Positions 47,573-59,411 of a DNA stretch of 64,000 nucleotides are shown in pieces; the stretch's first letter is position 1, and each line of letters begins with the position of its first letter. Origin of the DNA: Alphaproteobacteria bacterium (GTDB taxonomy: Bacteria > Pseudomonadota > Alphaproteobacteria > Rickettsiales > UBA8987); contig JAUIFA010000001.1 in assembly GCA_030429625.1 (NCBI GenBank), forward strand, positions 207,868 through 271,867. The letters are read 5' to 3'. A model generated the notes under the pieces. That model had not been told where the DNA came from and ran no database searches. It saw nothing but the letters and a program-made list of their open reading frames with translations. The translations under genes were made by a program, and so were the position numbers.

Positions 47573-48577
47573 CTAACTCACCCTCCTCAATAAAAACAAT
47601 CCTGCTGATAAAGTGAGGATGGCGCCGGCTTGGTGGGCGGCGGCAAGGGGGATCGGCACGGCGTGGATCAGGGTTAAAATCCCCAACGTCACCTGCAGCA
47701 GAATCATCAACAACAGAGCGTGCCGCGCGCGGCGGATTTTGATTTCCCGCACATGGCGCAGGTTAAACCAAACATACACGCCCAACCCCACAATCACATA
47801 AGCCAGCATGCGGTGGTCAAACTGGACGGTGGTGTGGTTCTCAAAGAAATTAAGCCATAACGGTGATGTGGCAAATAGGTCGGACGGGATAAACCCCTCG
47901 CCCATCAAAGGCCACTGGTTATAGATTAATCCGGCGTTGAGTCCGGCGACCAAACCACCAAGAAGAATCTGGATAAGAATCAAGCCAATAAGCCATTTCA
48001 ACGGCGTAATATTCAGCCGTTTGCCATTATATTTTTTCATCACCAGCCCGCACGCCACCCAAAACATATAAAGATATATCAGCACGGCCAGCCCCAGATG
48101 CGCCGTCAGACGGTAGTGGCTGACATCGGGGTCGTCCACCAGCCCGCTTTTGACCATCCACCAGCCCAGTAATCCCTGCAATCCACCAAGGAAAAACATC
48201 ACCCATAATTGTGGTTTAAGCGCAGGTGAAACAGACTTTTTCAACAAGAAAACCATAAATGGCACAAAAAAAGCCAGCCCAATTAAGCGCCCTAATACGC
48301 GGTGGCCATATTCCCAATAGAAGATGGATTTGAATTCTTCCAAACTCATGCCGTGATTGACTTTCTGATACTCCGGATAGGCCTTATACGCCTCAAACTC
48401 CTCGTGCCATTGTGCTTCGTCCAGAGGGGGGATGATACCGCTGATCGGGTGCCATTTGACGATGCTCAGACCAGACTCGGTCAGGCGGGTGATGCCGCCA
48501 ACGACCACCATCAAAAAGATCATCGCACAGACGCAAAACAGCCAAAGGGCAATTTTTTGATCGTTTTTTCCTGACAT
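47573..48577 (-). CDS. ctaA: Heme A synthase (COX15 type)
   Basis: GGITRLTESGLSI, EYGHR, RLTAHL, AAHQ. Confidence 0.95.
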   Translation of the reverse strand: MSGKNDQKIALWLFCVCAMIFLMVVVGGITRLTESGLSIVKWHPISGIIPPLDEAQWHEEFEAYKAYPEYQKVNHGMSLEEFKSIFYWEYGHRVLGRLIGLAFFVPFMVFLLKKSVSPALKPQLWVMFFLGGLQGLLGWWMVKSGLVDDPDVSHYRLTAHLGLAVLIYLYMFWVACGLVMKKYNGKRLNITPLKWLIGLILIQILLGGLVAGLNAGLIYNQWPLMGEGFIPSDLFATSPLWLNFFENHTTVQFDHRMLAYVIVGLGVYVWFNLRHVREIKIRRARHALLLMILLQVTLGILTLIHAVPIPLAAAHQAGAILTLSAGLFLLRRVS

Positions 48578-48606
48578 TGCCAGTTTCTTCCTTTATAAGA
48601 CTCAAA

Positions 48607-49935
48607 ATGATGAGCCAATATACACTGAACATCGACAATGGCAATGCAAAGAATATGGCTTCTTTGTGGTTGAAGCTGGGCGTATTCTCACTGGGCGCAG
48701 CAGGGATTCTTGCCATATTGCTAGCCCTTTCCAGAACGCCGGGGATAAAAGACATCATCCCGTTTGTTGATTTCTTTCATATTGCGCTGGTGGTGCATGT
48801 GGATCTTTCGGTGTTGATATGGTTTCTTTCTTTTGCCGGAGTGTTGTGGAGCTTGGTGGCTGTGAGGAAGGTCACACTGGTGGACAGAGTAGCGCTTTTA
48901 CTGGCTGTATTGGGAACAGCGATGATTGTGATTGCGCCCTTTATTGGCATTGGCAACCCACTGATGAACAATTATGTGCCGGTGCTGGATCATGAGTTTT
49001 TTATCAGCGGATTGGCCATATTTGGTCTTGGCATAACCGTACTCTGTCTGCGCACTTTATGCTCGTTTAGAAGGTCGGTCTCCGTGTTGGAATTTGCTGC
49101 CCATCTTGCGGCTTTAACCACCATCATTGCCGGTATGTGCCTTGTGATCTCTTATCTTGGTATTGACCCATATTGGAGCGGTAAGGATTTTTATGAAATG
49201 CTGTTTTGGGGTGGTGGGCATGTGCTGCAATTCACCCACACAATTTTTATGCTGGTGGCATGGATGTGGCTGGTATCGGCAATGGGGGCAAAAATGCAGC
49301 TGTCCCGCAAGTGGGGAATTGTCTTATTTGCGCTGGTGGCGCTTCCTGTGCTTCAAGCCATTCCTATTTACGCGCGATACGACATTGTTTCTGCCGAACA
49401 TAGGGAAGCTTTTACCCAGATGATGCGCCATGGTGGTTTACTGTGTATGCCGCTTGGCCTCCTTGTTGCGTTTAAATTTATAAGGCTTGATCGTAAAAAT
49501 ATTGAAAAGAAATATCTTTATTCCTGTCTTTTAAGTTCTGCTATTCTGTTTGCAGCCGGCGGTATCATAGGTTTTCTAATAGATGGGATTAATGTTGTTA
49601 TTCCCGCTCACTATCATGGTTCAATCGTCGGGGTGACTCTGTCCTTTATGGGGCTGACTTACCTGCTGCTGCCTAAATTTGGCTTTGGTACGCCAGACGC
49701 AAAACTGGCGTACATTCAGCCTTATATTTATGGCGGAGGACAATTATTACATATTATCGGACTGGCTTGGTCAGGCGGATATGGGGTACAGAGAAAAACC
49801 GCAGGTGCCGATCAGGTATTAACCAGTTTTGCGGAAAAGGCTGGTATGGGGTTGATGGGTCTGGGCGGTCTTATTTCGATCATTGGGGGCGTATTATTCC
49901 TCATTGTTGCCATAAAGTCATTTAGAAACAGATAG
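48607..49935 (+). CDS. Degenerate heme-copper oxidase subunit I-like membrane protein
   Basis: About 12 TM segments; LVVHVD, FWGGGHVLQF, PAHYHG, GVQRK; no CuB His-His pair. Confidence 0.7.
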   Translation: MMSQYTLNIDNGNAKNMASLWLKLGVFSLGAAGILAILLALSRTPGIKDIIPFVDFFHIALVVHVDLSVLIWFLSFAGVLWSLVAVRKVTLVDRVALLLAVLGTAMIVIAPFIGIGNPLMNNYVPVLDHEFFISGLAIFGLGITVLCLRTLCSFRRSVSVLEFAAHLAALTTIIAGMCLVISYLGIDPYWSGKDFYEMLFWGGGHVLQFTHTIFMLVAWMWLVSAMGAKMQLSRKWGIVLFALVALPVLQAIPIYARYDIVSAEHREAFTQMMRHGGLLCMPLGLLVAFKFIRLDRKNIEKKYLYSCLLSSAILFAAGGIIGFLIDGINVVIPAHYHGSIVGVTLSFMGLTYLLLPKFGFGTPDAKLAYIQPYIYGGGQLLHIIGLAWSGGYGVQRKTAGADQVLTSFAEKAGMGLMGLGGLISIIGGVLFLIVAIKSFRNR

Positions 49936-50083
49936 TCAGAAAAATGTTTCCTATCTCTTATAATAAAGAATTGACAAGGTGGGATTTTAATGCCAAAAAT
50001 TACCCTTCGGCCCCCTGCGGCAGGGTTGCTTTTTGCTGCTCGGAGGCTCTTAGCTTTTGATATTACTATTTTAATGGGTTTGT

Positions 50084-50923
50084 ATGGTTAATATTGTATT
50101 TGTAGTGCTGATTTTAGTTGGTGGTGCCATCGGGTATGGTGCGTTTGTTGAACATTTTCCGGCAGATCAGCGGGCTTTGGGTATGCAAGAAGCACATTCT
50201 CCAGTGATGGAGCGTATAGCCGATTTGCATGATATGCTGTTGATCATGTGTTTTGCTATTTCACTTTTTATTGTGGCGCTGCTTGCCTATGTTGCTGTTC
50301 GCTACAATAAAAAGACTAACCCTGTTCCTAGTAAAGTAACGCACAATACCCCGCTTGAAATTATTTGGACCATTATTCCGGTTATTATTTTGGTTGCTAT
50401 CTCCATTCCCTCTATTAAACTTCTGTACTATATGGATAAATCTGTTGATGCGGACATGACGCTAAAGGTGATTGGTTATCAATGGTATTGGGGATATGAA
50501 TATCCGGACAATGATGACATTATGTTTGAAAGCTATATGCTGATGGACGATGAGCTGGAAGAGGGGCAGTTGCGCCTGCTTGAGACCGACAATCGTGTGG
50601 TGTTGCCGGTGGACACAGACATTAGAATTCTCCTTACGTCGTCGGATGTGATCCATGCTTGGGCGGTACCTCAGCTTGGTGTGAAGATAGATGCGGTGCC
50701 GGGTCGATTAAATGAAACATGGTTGAGGATTGATAAGCCAGGGGTCTATCGTGGGCAATGTTCCGAGCTTTGTGGTGTCAATCATGGCTTTATGCCGGTG
50801 GTCATTGAGGCCGTTAGCAAAGAAGATTTTGAAAAATGGGTAGAAGAAGCTAAAGAAGAATTTGCGGCAAACGATAATAGTCTTGAGCCAAAAAATATAA
50901 AGCTTAGTCTGCTGAACGAATAA
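50084..50923 (+). CDS. coxB: Cytochrome c oxidase subunit II
   Basis: [29 protein letters not shown] (CuA). Confidence 0.97.
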   Translation: MVNIVFVVLILVGGAIGYGAFVEHFPADQRALGMQEAHSPVMERIADLHDMLLIMCFAISLFIVALLAYVAVRYNKKTNPVPSKVTHNTPLEIIWTIIPVIILVAISIPSIKLLYYMDKSVDADMTLKVIGYQWYWGYEYPDNDDIMFESYMLMDDELEEGQLRLLETDNRVVLPVDTDIRILLTSSDVIHAWAVPQLGVKIDAVPGRLNETWLRIDKPGVYRGQCSELCGVNHGFMPVVIEAVSKEDFEKWVEEAKEEFAANDNSLEPKNIKLSLLNE

Positions 50924-50951
50924 GTTTTTTGTCATTATAAAAAGGTTAAAC

Positions 50952-52517
50952 ATGAGTCACGATCACACACCTAAAGGCTGGAAACGCTGGGTATATTCAA
51001 CCAACCATAAAGACATTGGCACGATGTACATTATATTTTCTATAATGTCGGGTCTTGTTGGTGGTTTCTTTTCGGTTTTGTTCCGGATGGAGCTTCAAGA
51101 TCCGGGAATGCAGTTTTTTGGCGATAACAACCAAATGTTTAACGTGTTGATCACTGCCCATGCGCTTATTATGGTGTTCTTTATGGTGATGCCGGGGCTT
51201 ATTGGTGGTTTTGGTAACTGGTTTGTGCCGCTGATGATTGGCGCTCCGGACATGGCGTTTCCGCGTATGAATAATATCAGCTTTTGGCTGTTGATCCCTG
51301 CATTTATTTTGCTTGTTGGCTCATCTTTTGTTGATGGCGGTGCGGGAACGGGATGGACGCTTTACCCTCCTTTAAGTGGTGCTACAGGTCATAGTGGTAT
51401 GGCGGTGGATATGGCTATTTTGAGCCTGCATTTATTGGGCATATCGTCTGTACTTGGTGCAATTAACTTTATTGTGACCATCTTTAATATGCGTGCGCCG
51501 GGCATGACCATGCACAAAATGCCTCTTTTTGTCTGGTCTATTTTGATTACGGCATTCTTGCTTCTTCTGGCAGTTCCGGTGCTTGCTGGCGCAATTACAA
51601 TGCTGTTAACGGATCGTAACTTTGGCACTAGTTTCTTTACGCCGGAGGGCGGTGGTGACCCTATTCTGTTCCAGCATTTGTTCTGGTTTTTTGGCCATCC
51701 CGAAGTCTATATTATTATTCTTCCTGGTTTTGGGATTATCAGTCAGATTGTGTCCACTTTCTCACGCAAGAAAGTATTTGGCTATTTAGCGATGGCCTAT
51801 GCTATGGCCAGCATTGGTTTGGTTGGCTTTGCCGTGTGGGCACATCACATGTATACTGTGGGTGCGGACGTGGATGTGCGGGCTTACTTCACCTTGGCTA
51901 CGATGGTTATTGCGGTACCGACAGGCATTAAAATTTTCAGTTGGATTGCCACCATGTGGGGCGGCTCCATCACGTTTGAGACACCAATGATGTTTGCTGT
52001 TGGGTTTATCTTCTTGTTTGTTGTTGGTGGCGTCACTGGGGTGGTGCTGTCCAATAGCAGTGTAGACGTTGCGCTTCACGATACTTATTATGTGGTGGGT
52101 CACTTCCATTACGTGATGTCCTTGGGCGCATTGTTTGCGGCGCTGGGTGGTTTTTATTATTGGATTGGTAAAATGTGTGGCCGCCAATATAATGAAACTC
52201 TAGGTAAAATTCATTTCTGGCTGACCTTTATTGGTACTAACCTAACCTTCTTCCCACAACATTTCCTTGGTCTGCATGGTATGCCACGTCGTATTCCTGA
52301 CTACGCAGAAATGTATGCTGGCTGGAATTTTGTTTCGTCTGTCGGTTCGTATATTTCCTTTGGTGCGGCCTTGTTCTTTGTGTTTGTAATTTTCCACACA
52401 TTGAAATTTGGTAAGAAATGTGCAAAAAATCCTTGGGAAGGGGGCGATACTTTGGAATGGACTGTGGATTCTCCTCCTCCGTTCCACACATTCGAAACTC
52501 CACCAAAAATAAAATAG
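50952..52517 (+). CDS. coxA: Cytochrome c oxidase subunit I (A1 type)
   Basis: NHKDIG, GHPEVY, WAHHM, HFHYV. Confidence 0.98.
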   Translation: MSHDHTPKGWKRWVYSTNHKDIGTMYIIFSIMSGLVGGFFSVLFRMELQDPGMQFFGDNNQMFNVLITAHALIMVFFMVMPGLIGGFGNWFVPLMIGAPDMAFPRMNNISFWLLIPAFILLVGSSFVDGGAGTGWTLYPPLSGATGHSGMAVDMAILSLHLLGISSVLGAINFIVTIFNMRAPGMTMHKMPLFVWSILITAFLLLLAVPVLAGAITMLLTDRNFGTSFFTPEGGGDPILFQHLFWFFGHPEVYIIILPGFGIISQIVSTFSRKKVFGYLAMAYAMASIGLVGFAVWAHHMYTVGADVDVRAYFTLATMVIAVPTGIKIFSWIATMWGGSITFETPMMFAVGFIFLFVVGGVTGVVLSNSSVDVALHDTYYVVGHFHYVMSLGALFAALGGFYYWIGKMCGRQYNETLGKIHFWLTFIGTNLTFFPQHFLGLHGMPRRIPDYAEMYAGWNFVSSVGSYISFGAALFFVFVIFHTLKFGKKCAKNPWEGGDTLEWTVDSPPPFHTFETPPKIK

Positions 52518-52554
52518 TGTTGGATTTTTTCACATAATATAATGTGGTTTTAAT

Positions 52555-53448
52555 ATGGAATTAGCCGTTGGAAATGTGCAAGCAATCAATGCTTCTGTGA
52601 AGGATTACTTCCTTCTACTAAAGCCTAGGGTGATGTCGCTTGTGGTTTTTACCGGCATGGTGGGTATGTATGTGGCACCTGGACATGTGCATCCGTTTAT
52701 CGCCATTATTGCCACCCTGTTGATTGCTTTGGGCAGTGGTGCGGCAGGGGCGATAAATATGTGGTATGAACGGGATATTGATGCTGGGATGCGCCGGACA
52801 CAGAACCGTCCAATACCTGCGGGGAGAGTACATCCGGACTCTGCGCTTGAATTTGCTGTGGTATGCGCTATTTCTTCAGTATTTTTGATGGCGCTGGTGG
52901 TCAATTATCTTAGTGCCGCATTGTTATTATTTGCGATTTTGTTTTATGTGTTTGTGTATACGATCTGGCTGAAACAAAGCACGCCACTAAACATTGTCAT
53001 TGGTGGTGCGGCAGGGGCTATGCCTCCGGTTATTGGTTGGGCAGCGGTGACAAACAGTCTTGCCCTTGAGCCATTGATTTTGTTTGCCATCATTTTTATG
53101 TGGACGCCACCGCATTTTTGGGCTTTGGCTTTGGTGCGCTCGGAAGAATATGATAAAGTTGGCATTCCTATGATGCCTTCGGTTGCAGGTCGTCGATCTA
53201 CGTTGAAGCAAATGCTGGTTTATACATTGCTTTTGGTGCCGTTGACCACGGTTCCGTATTTCGTTAACGATGCGGGTTTTCTGTATTTGATTGGTGGGCT
53301 TGGATTGGGTTTAGGGTTTATATTCCATGCGGTTAGGATGTTCTTTAGTAAAGATAACAGCAAAGCCATGGCCATGTTTGGCTATTCAATTTTATATCTT
53401 TCTGGTATTTTCCTCCTTCTTGTCGTCGATAAATTTTTACAGGGTTAA
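52555..53448 (+). CDS. ctaB: Protoheme IX farnesyltransferase
   Basis: LKPRV, ERDIDAGMRRT.NRP, WTPPHFW. Confidence 0.96.
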   Translation: MELAVGNVQAINASVKDYFLLLKPRVMSLVVFTGMVGMYVAPGHVHPFIAIIATLLIALGSGAAGAINMWYERDIDAGMRRTQNRPIPAGRVHPDSALEFAVVCAISSVFLMALVVNYLSAALLLFAILFYVFVYTIWLKQSTPLNIVIGGAAGAMPPVIGWAAVTNSLALEPLILFAIIFMWTPPHFWALALVRSEEYDKVGIPMMPSVAGRRSTLKQMLVYTLLLVPLTTVPYFVNDAGFLYLIGGLGLGLGFIFHAVRMFFSKDNSKAMAMFGYSILYLSGIFLLLVVDKFLQG

Positions 53449-53450
53449 CC

Positions 53451-53585
53451 ATGTCAGATGATAATAAAGATAGTGGACAATCTGTCCATGAACAAAAAAA
53501 ATCTAAGAACTATGCACTGCTTGCTGTGCTGGTTTCTGTGGTGGTTATCTTGTTTTTTGCAACGATGATAAAAATATCTTCATAA
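53451..53585 (+). CDS. Small CoxF-like membrane protein, 44 aa (not in ORF track)
   Basis: KKSKNYALLAVLVSVVVILFFATMIK; fills the ctaB-ctaG gap. Confidence 0.7.
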   Translation: MSDDNKDSGQSVHEQKKSKNYALLAVLVSVVVILFFATMIKISS

Positions 53586-53586
53586 T

Positions 53587-54138
53587 ATGTCTGACGAGCC
53601 AGAAAATCAGGAAAATAGTCACAGAAAACTGGTGATAATTTTGGTGTCTGTAGTTGCATTGATGTTTGGTGTGGCCTTTGCCTCTGTGCCTCTATATAAT
53701 CTGTTTTGTCGAGTAACGGGTTTTGGTGGTACGACACAAGTTGCAGAGGATCAAAGCAGTCAGGTGATTGATCGCTGGATTACGGTTCGGTTTAATGCGG
53801 ACATAGATAAAGATCTGCCTTGGAAATTTAAACCCGATCAAAAAGAAGTGATGGTACGTGTGGGTGAAAACTCTCTCGTTTCGTTTAGTGCAGAAAATCT
53901 TACCAATGAGTCTATAAAAGGGATGGCAGTATATAATGTCACGCCTGATAAAGTTGGGCCGTACTTTTATAAAATAGCCTGTTTTTGTTTTGATGAACAA
54001 ACCCTTGAACCAAGACAGAAAGTTCATATGCCCGTGTCTTTTTATATTGACCCTGATATCATAACAGACGATAATCTCGATGAGGTTAAAACAATAACAT
54101 TGTCCTATACATTTTTTAGGGCAGTGGATGATGAATAA
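53587..54138 (+). CDS. ctaG: Copper chaperone Cox11/CtaG
   Basis: VPLY.LFCRVTGFGGT, CFCF, TLSYTF. Confidence 0.96.
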   Translation: MSDEPENQENSHRKLVIILVSVVALMFGVAFASVPLYNLFCRVTGFGGTTQVAEDQSSQVIDRWITVRFNADIDKDLPWKFKPDQKEVMVRVGENSLVSFSAENLTNESIKGMAVYNVTPDKVGPYFYKIACFCFDEQTLEPRQKVHMPVSFYIDPDIITDDNLDEVKTITLSYTFFRAVDDE

Positions 54139-54156
54139 TAATCAAATGGATAGATT

Positions 54157-54972
54157 ATGAGCGAGAAAACACATGATTATCACTTGGTAGACCCAAGCCC
54201 ACTGCCAATATTAGGAACAATATCCCTTCTTATCTTAGCTGCGGGTGCTATTTTGTTCATGCACGAAGTGCAATATGGCACAGCATTGTTGGCTGTTGGG
54301 TTTCTTTCTGTTCTTTCAGTGATGTTTGTATGGTGGAAAACCGTTATCAAAGAGGGCATAAAAGATAAGGCACATACGGCGGTGGTACGAAATGGTCTAA
54401 AATGGGGGATGATTTTGTTCATTGCCTCAGAAGTAATGTTCTTTTTTGCCTTTTTCTTTTCCTTTTTTAAATCAAGTCTTTTCCCCGTGGATATATTTGA
54501 TGGTGAAACCTGGCCGGTCAGTGCGGGTGTTTGGCCGCCGGAAGGTATTGTCACCTTTGACCCATGGGGTATTCCGTTCCTAAACACTATCATTCTCCTT
54601 ATATCAAGCTATACAGCACATATTGCTCACCATGCTGTGGTCAAAGGTGACATGAAAAAGGTAGTTAAGTGGCTAACGGTTACGGTAATACTTGGTGTAA
54701 CCTTTACCTCACTACAGGCTTATGAATATCATCATGCAGCGTTTGGTTTTACCGATGGTGTCTATGCGTCTAACTTCTATATGGCTACAGGCTTCCATGG
54801 CTTCCATGTAATTGTGGGTACCATTTTCTTATTTGTGTGCTTGCTCAGGGCTAAGAAAGGTACATTAACCAAAAAAGGCCATCTTGGGTTGGAGTTTGCC
54901 AGCTGGTATTGGCACTTTGTCGATGTGGTATGGGTATTCCTATTTACTTGGGTCTATGTGTGGGGTGGTTGA
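54157..54972 (+). CDS. coxC: Cytochrome c oxidase subunit III
   Basis: HDYHLVDPSP, FIASEVMFF, TGFHGFHV, WYWHFVDVVW. Confidence 0.97.
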   Translation: MSEKTHDYHLVDPSPLPILGTISLLILAAGAILFMHEVQYGTALLAVGFLSVLSVMFVWWKTVIKEGIKDKAHTAVVRNGLKWGMILFIASEVMFFFAFFFSFFKSSLFPVDIFDGETWPVSAGVWPPEGIVTFDPWGIPFLNTIILLISSYTAHIAHHAVVKGDMKKVVKWLTVTVILGVTFTSLQAYEYHHAAFGFTDGVYASNFYMATGFHGFHVIVGTIFLFVCLLRAKKGTLTKKGHLGLEFASWYWHFVDVVWVFLFTWVYVWGG

Positions 54973-55003
54973 TAAAACTGAAATCCATTCAAATAATGAA
55001 GAT

Positions 55004-55032
55004 GGGCGGAGTTTTCTCCGCCTATTTTTTTT
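55004..55032 (+). terminator. Intrinsic terminator of the cox operon
   Basis: ggcggag-tttt-ctccgcc followed by a T-run. Confidence 0.85.
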
Positions 55033-55171
55033 GCTTTTTATAAATAGACTATTATACAATAATTATAGAAATCTAAAAATATGGTTGACAAGACTTTTAT
55101 AGTATTTTATTGGGTAGTATGTATGGCTGGATTTCTGGTTATCATTACATAATATGCTTGGGAGCGATAAA

Positions 55172-56182
55172 ATGAAAAAAACTCTATTACCTATTGTGGC
55201 CGCAGTGGTGGCTATTTCTGCGGGAACAGCACATGCCCGTGATCAAATCCGTATCGTAGGTTCTTCTACGGTCTATCCTTTTACCACTGCCGCGGCAGAA
55301 GAATTTGGCAATAATACCAAGTTCCGTTCACCAATTGTTGAATCTACCGGCACCGGTGGTGGATTTAAATTATTCTGTAAAGGCATTGGTGAAGATACTC
55401 CTGACTTTTCGGATGCATCACGTGCCATCAAAAAAAGCGAAGCTGAAATGTGTCAGAAAAATGGTGTGACCGATATTGCCGAAATCAAAATTGGTTACGA
55501 TGGTATTGTGGTTGCCAACTCTAAAACAGAAAAACGTTACAATCTTACAAAAGAACAACTGTTTTTGGCATTAGGCAAACAAGTACCTTCAAAAGGAAAA
55601 TTGGTAGATAATTTTTATCAAAAATGGAGCGAGATAGATCCCTCCCTTCCTGATGAAGAAATTACAGTCTATGGCCCTCCACCAACGTCTGGAACACGTG
55701 ACGCGTTTGCAGAGCTTGTGTTAGAAAAAGCATGTAAAGACTTGCCTGAATTTAAGGCTGTGTACGAAGATAAAAAAGTGCGTGGCAAAGCATGTCATAT
55801 GGTTCGTGAAGACGGAAAATATGTAGAAGCTGGTGAGAATGACAACCTGATTGTTAAAAAACTTCAAGCCAATAAACATTCGCTTGGTATTTTTGGATTT
55901 AGCTTCTTGGATCAAAACCTAAACACCATTCAGGGCAGCGTCATTGAAGGAGTAACCCCAACATTTGAAAATATCTCTGATGGCTCGTACAGCGTATCTC
56001 GTCCTTTGTTTGTGTACGCGAAAAAACAAAACAAAGCATTTGTTAAAGGCATAAAAGAATTTGCCCAAGAATTAACAAGTGATGCGGCACTTGGCGCTGA
56101 TGGATATTTGTCTGAGAGAGGTTTAATTCCTTTGTCAAAAGATGAAATTAGTACTATGCAAAAAATTGCTAACGAGTTATAA
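55172..56182 (+). CDS. pstS: Phosphate-binding protein
   Basis: GSSTVYPF, STGTGGG, SGTRDAF, SRPLFVY. Confidence 0.95.
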   Translation: MKKTLLPIVAAVVAISAGTAHARDQIRIVGSSTVYPFTTAAAEEFGNNTKFRSPIVESTGTGGGFKLFCKGIGEDTPDFSDASRAIKKSEAEMCQKNGVTDIAEIKIGYDGIVVANSKTEKRYNLTKEQLFLALGKQVPSKGKLVDNFYQKWSEIDPSLPDEEITVYGPPPTSGTRDAFAELVLEKACKDLPEFKAVYEDKKVRGKACHMVREDGKYVEAGENDNLIVKKLQANKHSLGIFGFSFLDQNLNTIQGSVIEGVTPTFENISDGSYSVSRPLFVYAKKQNKAFVKGIKEFAQELTSDAALGADGYLSERGLIPLSKDEISTMQKIANEL

Positions 56183-56203
56183 AATTCAGAAGTTTGATAA
56201 TTG

Positions 56204-56237
56204 GCGGATCATAGTTTCTGCTATGGTCCGCTCTTTT
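56204..56237 (+). terminator. pstS-pstC intergenic stem-loop
   Basis: gcggatcatag-tttctg-ctatggtccgc followed by tctttt. Confidence 0.65.
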
Positions 56238-56253
56238 ATGGATTAGTGCATTT

Positions 56254-57177
56254 ATGAACGTGAAGACATCTGAAACCATAGTCAAGACAGTGCTGTTTCT
56301 CTGTGCAGCGGTGACTATTTTGATTACGGTTATGATTGTCGCATCGGTGTTGTTTGAGTCGATTCGCTTTTTTTCACAAGTTCCGTTGCATGAATTCTTA
56401 TTTGGTCTTGAGTGGAGTCCACAAACCAGCATTCGGGCGGATCAGGCCGCCAGTGACGGGACCTTTGGTGTAGTGCCTGTCTTTTTGGGCACCATATTAA
56501 TTACCTTTATTGCCATGTTCATTGCTACGCCGGTGGGTTTATTCTCGGCGATTTATCTTTCCGAATATGCCTCGTTTAAAATCCGTAACGTTATAAAACC
56601 TGTGTTGGAGATGTTGGCCGGAATTCCCACTGTGGTTTACGGTTATTTTGCAGTATCTACATTTTCACCCTTTCTGCGTGAGATTGCTGCTACTATGGAC
56701 ATATCCCTTGCGGCAGAGAGTGCGTTGGCAGCGGGGTTTGTCATGGGAATTATGATCATCCCATTTGTCATGTCCCTTTCGGACGATTCGATGAATTCCG
56801 TACCTGCTTCGTTAAAATATGCGTCCATTGGGATGGGGGCAACTCAGTCTGAAACCATCAAAAAAGTGATTGTTCCTGCTGCATTGCCGGGAATTATCAG
56901 TGCGGTGCTTTTAGGAATTTCGCGCGGCATTGGCGAAACCATGATTGTGGTGATGGCTGCCGGGCTGGCAGCTAATTTAACGTTTAATCCGTTTGAGGCA
57001 GTAACCACGGTTACGGTACAAATTGTAACGCTTCTTATTGGCGATCATGAGTTTGACAGCACAAAAACATTGGCCGCATTCGCATTGGGTTTGGTGCTTT
57101 TCGTGTTCACGCTGGTGTTAAACGCATTGGCACAGTGGATAAAAAATCATTTCGGGATACGCTACGATGGCTCATAA
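56254..57177 (+). CDS. pstC: Phosphate ABC permease
   Basis: AIYLSEYA, LAGIPTVVYG, RGIGETM. Confidence 0.95.
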   Translation: MNVKTSETIVKTVLFLCAAVTILITVMIVASVLFESIRFFSQVPLHEFLFGLEWSPQTSIRADQAASDGTFGVVPVFLGTILITFIAMFIATPVGLFSAIYLSEYASFKIRNVIKPVLEMLAGIPTVVYGYFAVSTFSPFLREIAATMDISLAAESALAAGFVMGIMIIPFVMSLSDDSMNSVPASLKYASIGMGATQSETIKKVIVPAALPGIISAVLLGISRGIGETMIVVMAAGLAANLTFNPFEAVTTVTVQIVTLLIGDHEFDSTKTLAAFALGLVLFVFTLVLNALAQWIKNHFGIRYDGS

Positions 57178-58492
57178 TAAAACCCTGAGAATGGCAAAGA
57201 TTGTCAGCAAGAGGATTAAGAAAAAGAAAAACCCTTTTGTCTATAAGCCGAAAAGTGATAGCCCCAAACATCAGTGGCTGAAGCAAAGACACAGTAAAGA
57301 GGATCGATTTAAACTATTTGGTATACTGGCTGTTAGTCTTTCAATTCTTTTTATGATAAGTTTATTTTTTGGCATTATTTCCGGTGGGGCGAGTGCGTTT
57401 GTTAAAACAGAATTAAACATATCTGTAAAGCTTCTAGCAGCCTCCGATGGAGACAGATCCGCTTATCGTAATCTTATTCGTAAATCGTTGTTAAAAGAAT
57501 TTCCTGATATTTCTGGTCGTCGACAAAAGCTCGAATTGTATAATTTGCTTAGCAATGGTGCGATAGAAAAACTTTCTCAATATGCACAGGACAATCCCGA
57601 ATTGGCCGACAAAGAGGTGAAAGTGTGGCTGCCGGCCTCTGATATTGTCGATATGTATGTAAAGGGCATGATTGCCATGGAGCTTGATGAGAGCCTGCGT
57701 AAGATCAGCGATATGCAAGTTACTGCGGTCGAAAAAATGACGGCGAACAATAATGTGCGCAAAGTATTCAATTTTGATTTCTTTACTCATGGTGATTCAC
57801 GCAATCCGGAAGAGGCAGGCATCTTTACCGCGTTGGTAGGGTCGTTGTTTACCATGCTTGTGGCGCTCATGGTGGCGTTTCCTCTTGGTGTGGCTTCGGC
57901 AATTTATCTTGAAGAATTTGCCTCAAGAAACTGGTTTACCACACTCATTGAAATCAATATTAATAACCTTGCGGCTGTCCCTTCAATTATCTTTGGATTG
58001 CTGGGTCTTTCTATTTATCTGAATTACTTTGGTATGCCGCGATCTTCTTCCTTGGTCGGTGGGATGACGTTGGCGCTTCTGGTGCTGCCGGTGATTATTA
58101 TTGCCGCACGAAATGCACTGAGTTGTGTTCCTGATACAGTACGTTACGCGGCATTTGCCTTGGGAGCTTCAAAGGTTCAGGTGGTATTCCATCACATATT
58201 GCCTTATTCCATGCCGGGCATTATGACGGGGGTTATTCTGGCCGTTGCTAGGGCGTTTGGTGAAACAGCTCCGTTGCTTATGATTGGCATGATGGCGTTT
58301 ATTGTGGACTCTCCCAGTGGGGTGACGGATCCGTCCACCTCTCTGCCGATACAGATTTATCTTTGGGCGGACAGTCCTGAAGCGGCTTTTGCCGAAAAAA
58401 CATCCGCCGCAATTTTGGTATTGTTGGTGATTTTGATATTTATTAATCTGTTTGCGACCTATTTGCGTAAACGTTTTGCAGTGAAGTGGTAG
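57167..58492 (+). CDS. pstA: Phosphate ABC permease
   Basis: [27 protein letters not shown]. Confidence 0.95.
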   Translation: MAHNKTLRMAKIVSKRIKKKKNPFVYKPKSDSPKHQWLKQRHSKEDRFKLFGILAVSLSILFMISLFFGIISGGASAFVKTELNISVKLLAASDGDRSAYRNLIRKSLLKEFPDISGRRQKLELYNLLSNGAIEKLSQYAQDNPELADKEVKVWLPASDIVDMYVKGMIAMELDESLRKISDMQVTAVEKMTANNNVRKVFNFDFFTHGDSRNPEEAGIFTALVGSLFTMLVALMVAFPLGVASAIYLEEFASRNWFTTLIEININNLAAVPSIIFGLLGLSIYLNYFGMPRSSSLVGGMTLALLVLPVIIIAARNALSCVPDTVRYAAFALGASKVQVVFHHILPYSMPGIMTGVILAVARAFGETAPLLMIGMMAFIVDSPSGVTDPSTSLPIQIYLWADSPEAAFAEKTSAAILVLLVILIFINLFATYLRKRFAVKW

Positions 58493-58494
58493 AT

Positions 58495-59274
58495 ATGGCT
58501 AATAAAGATGATAAGAAAAACATTCGTATGTATTCCGAAAATTTGAGTGTGTTTTATGGCGAGAAACAGGCACTCTTTGATGTAAATATTGGCATTGAAA
58601 CCAATAAAGTGACTGCCTTAATTGGCCCGTCTGGTTGTGGTAAATCTACCTACCTGCGCTGCTTAAACCGGATGAATGATTTGGTGGACAGCTGTAGGAT
58701 TGAAGGCAAGGTCTATCTTGATGGGTATAACATCTATAAAAAGAAAGTGGACGTGGTACTTCTGCGGCAGAAGATTGGCATGGTGTTTCAGAAACCAAAC
58801 CCGTTCCCTAAATCCATATACGACAACATTGCTTATGGGCCCAGACTGCACAATTTAACCAACAGCAAAGAAGAACTTGATGCGCTGGTGGAAAAATGCT
58901 TGCGTCGGGTAGGGCTTTGGGAGGAAGTCAGCGACAGGTTAAATACACCCGGTACGTCGCTTTCTGGCGGACAACAGCAACGTTTATGTATCGCTCGTGC
59001 CATTGCGGTTTCACCGGAAGTCATTCTGATGGATGAGCCTTGTTCGGCACTTGATCCGATTGCTACAGGGAAAATTGAAGAATTAATCATCGAGCTTAAA
59101 AAGAAATTTACTATCGTCATTGTAACTCACTCTATGCAGCAAGCCGCCCGTATTTCTGATAATACCGCCTTTTTCCACATGGGTAAGGTGATTGAATATG
59201 GCACAACCGAAAAAATCTTCAATGACGCGAAAGAGAAGAAAACCAAGGACTATATTTCTGGTAAATACGGTTAA
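58495..59274 (+). CDS. pstB: Phosphate ABC ATPase
   Basis: [36 protein letters not shown]. Confidence 0.97.
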   Translation: MANKDDKKNIRMYSENLSVFYGEKQALFDVNIGIETNKVTALIGPSGCGKSTYLRCLNRMNDLVDSCRIEGKVYLDGYNIYKKKVDVVLLRQKIGMVFQKPNPFPKSIYDNIAYGPRLHNLTNSKEELDALVEKCLRRVGLWEEVSDRLNTPGTSLSGGQQQRLCIARAIAVSPEVILMDEPCSALDPIATGKIEELIIELKKKFTIVIVTHSMQQAARISDNTAFFHMGKVIEYGTTEKIFNDAKEKKTKDYISGKYG

Positions 59275-59411
59275 TTATTATGGGTATACGTTGCTATGAT
59301 TTTGTTAAAATTTAAGCAGATCTCTGTTTGACCTTTGGAAAAGATCAGACTATATTAACCCTGATTTTTAAGGGTTTTTAAGCCCGCTTCATGTCAAAAG
59401 GAGTGTTAGAT

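Noticed and set aside
55040-55170. Pho box upstream of pstS
   Set aside because: No convincing 11-bp-period GTCAT repeats found by eye
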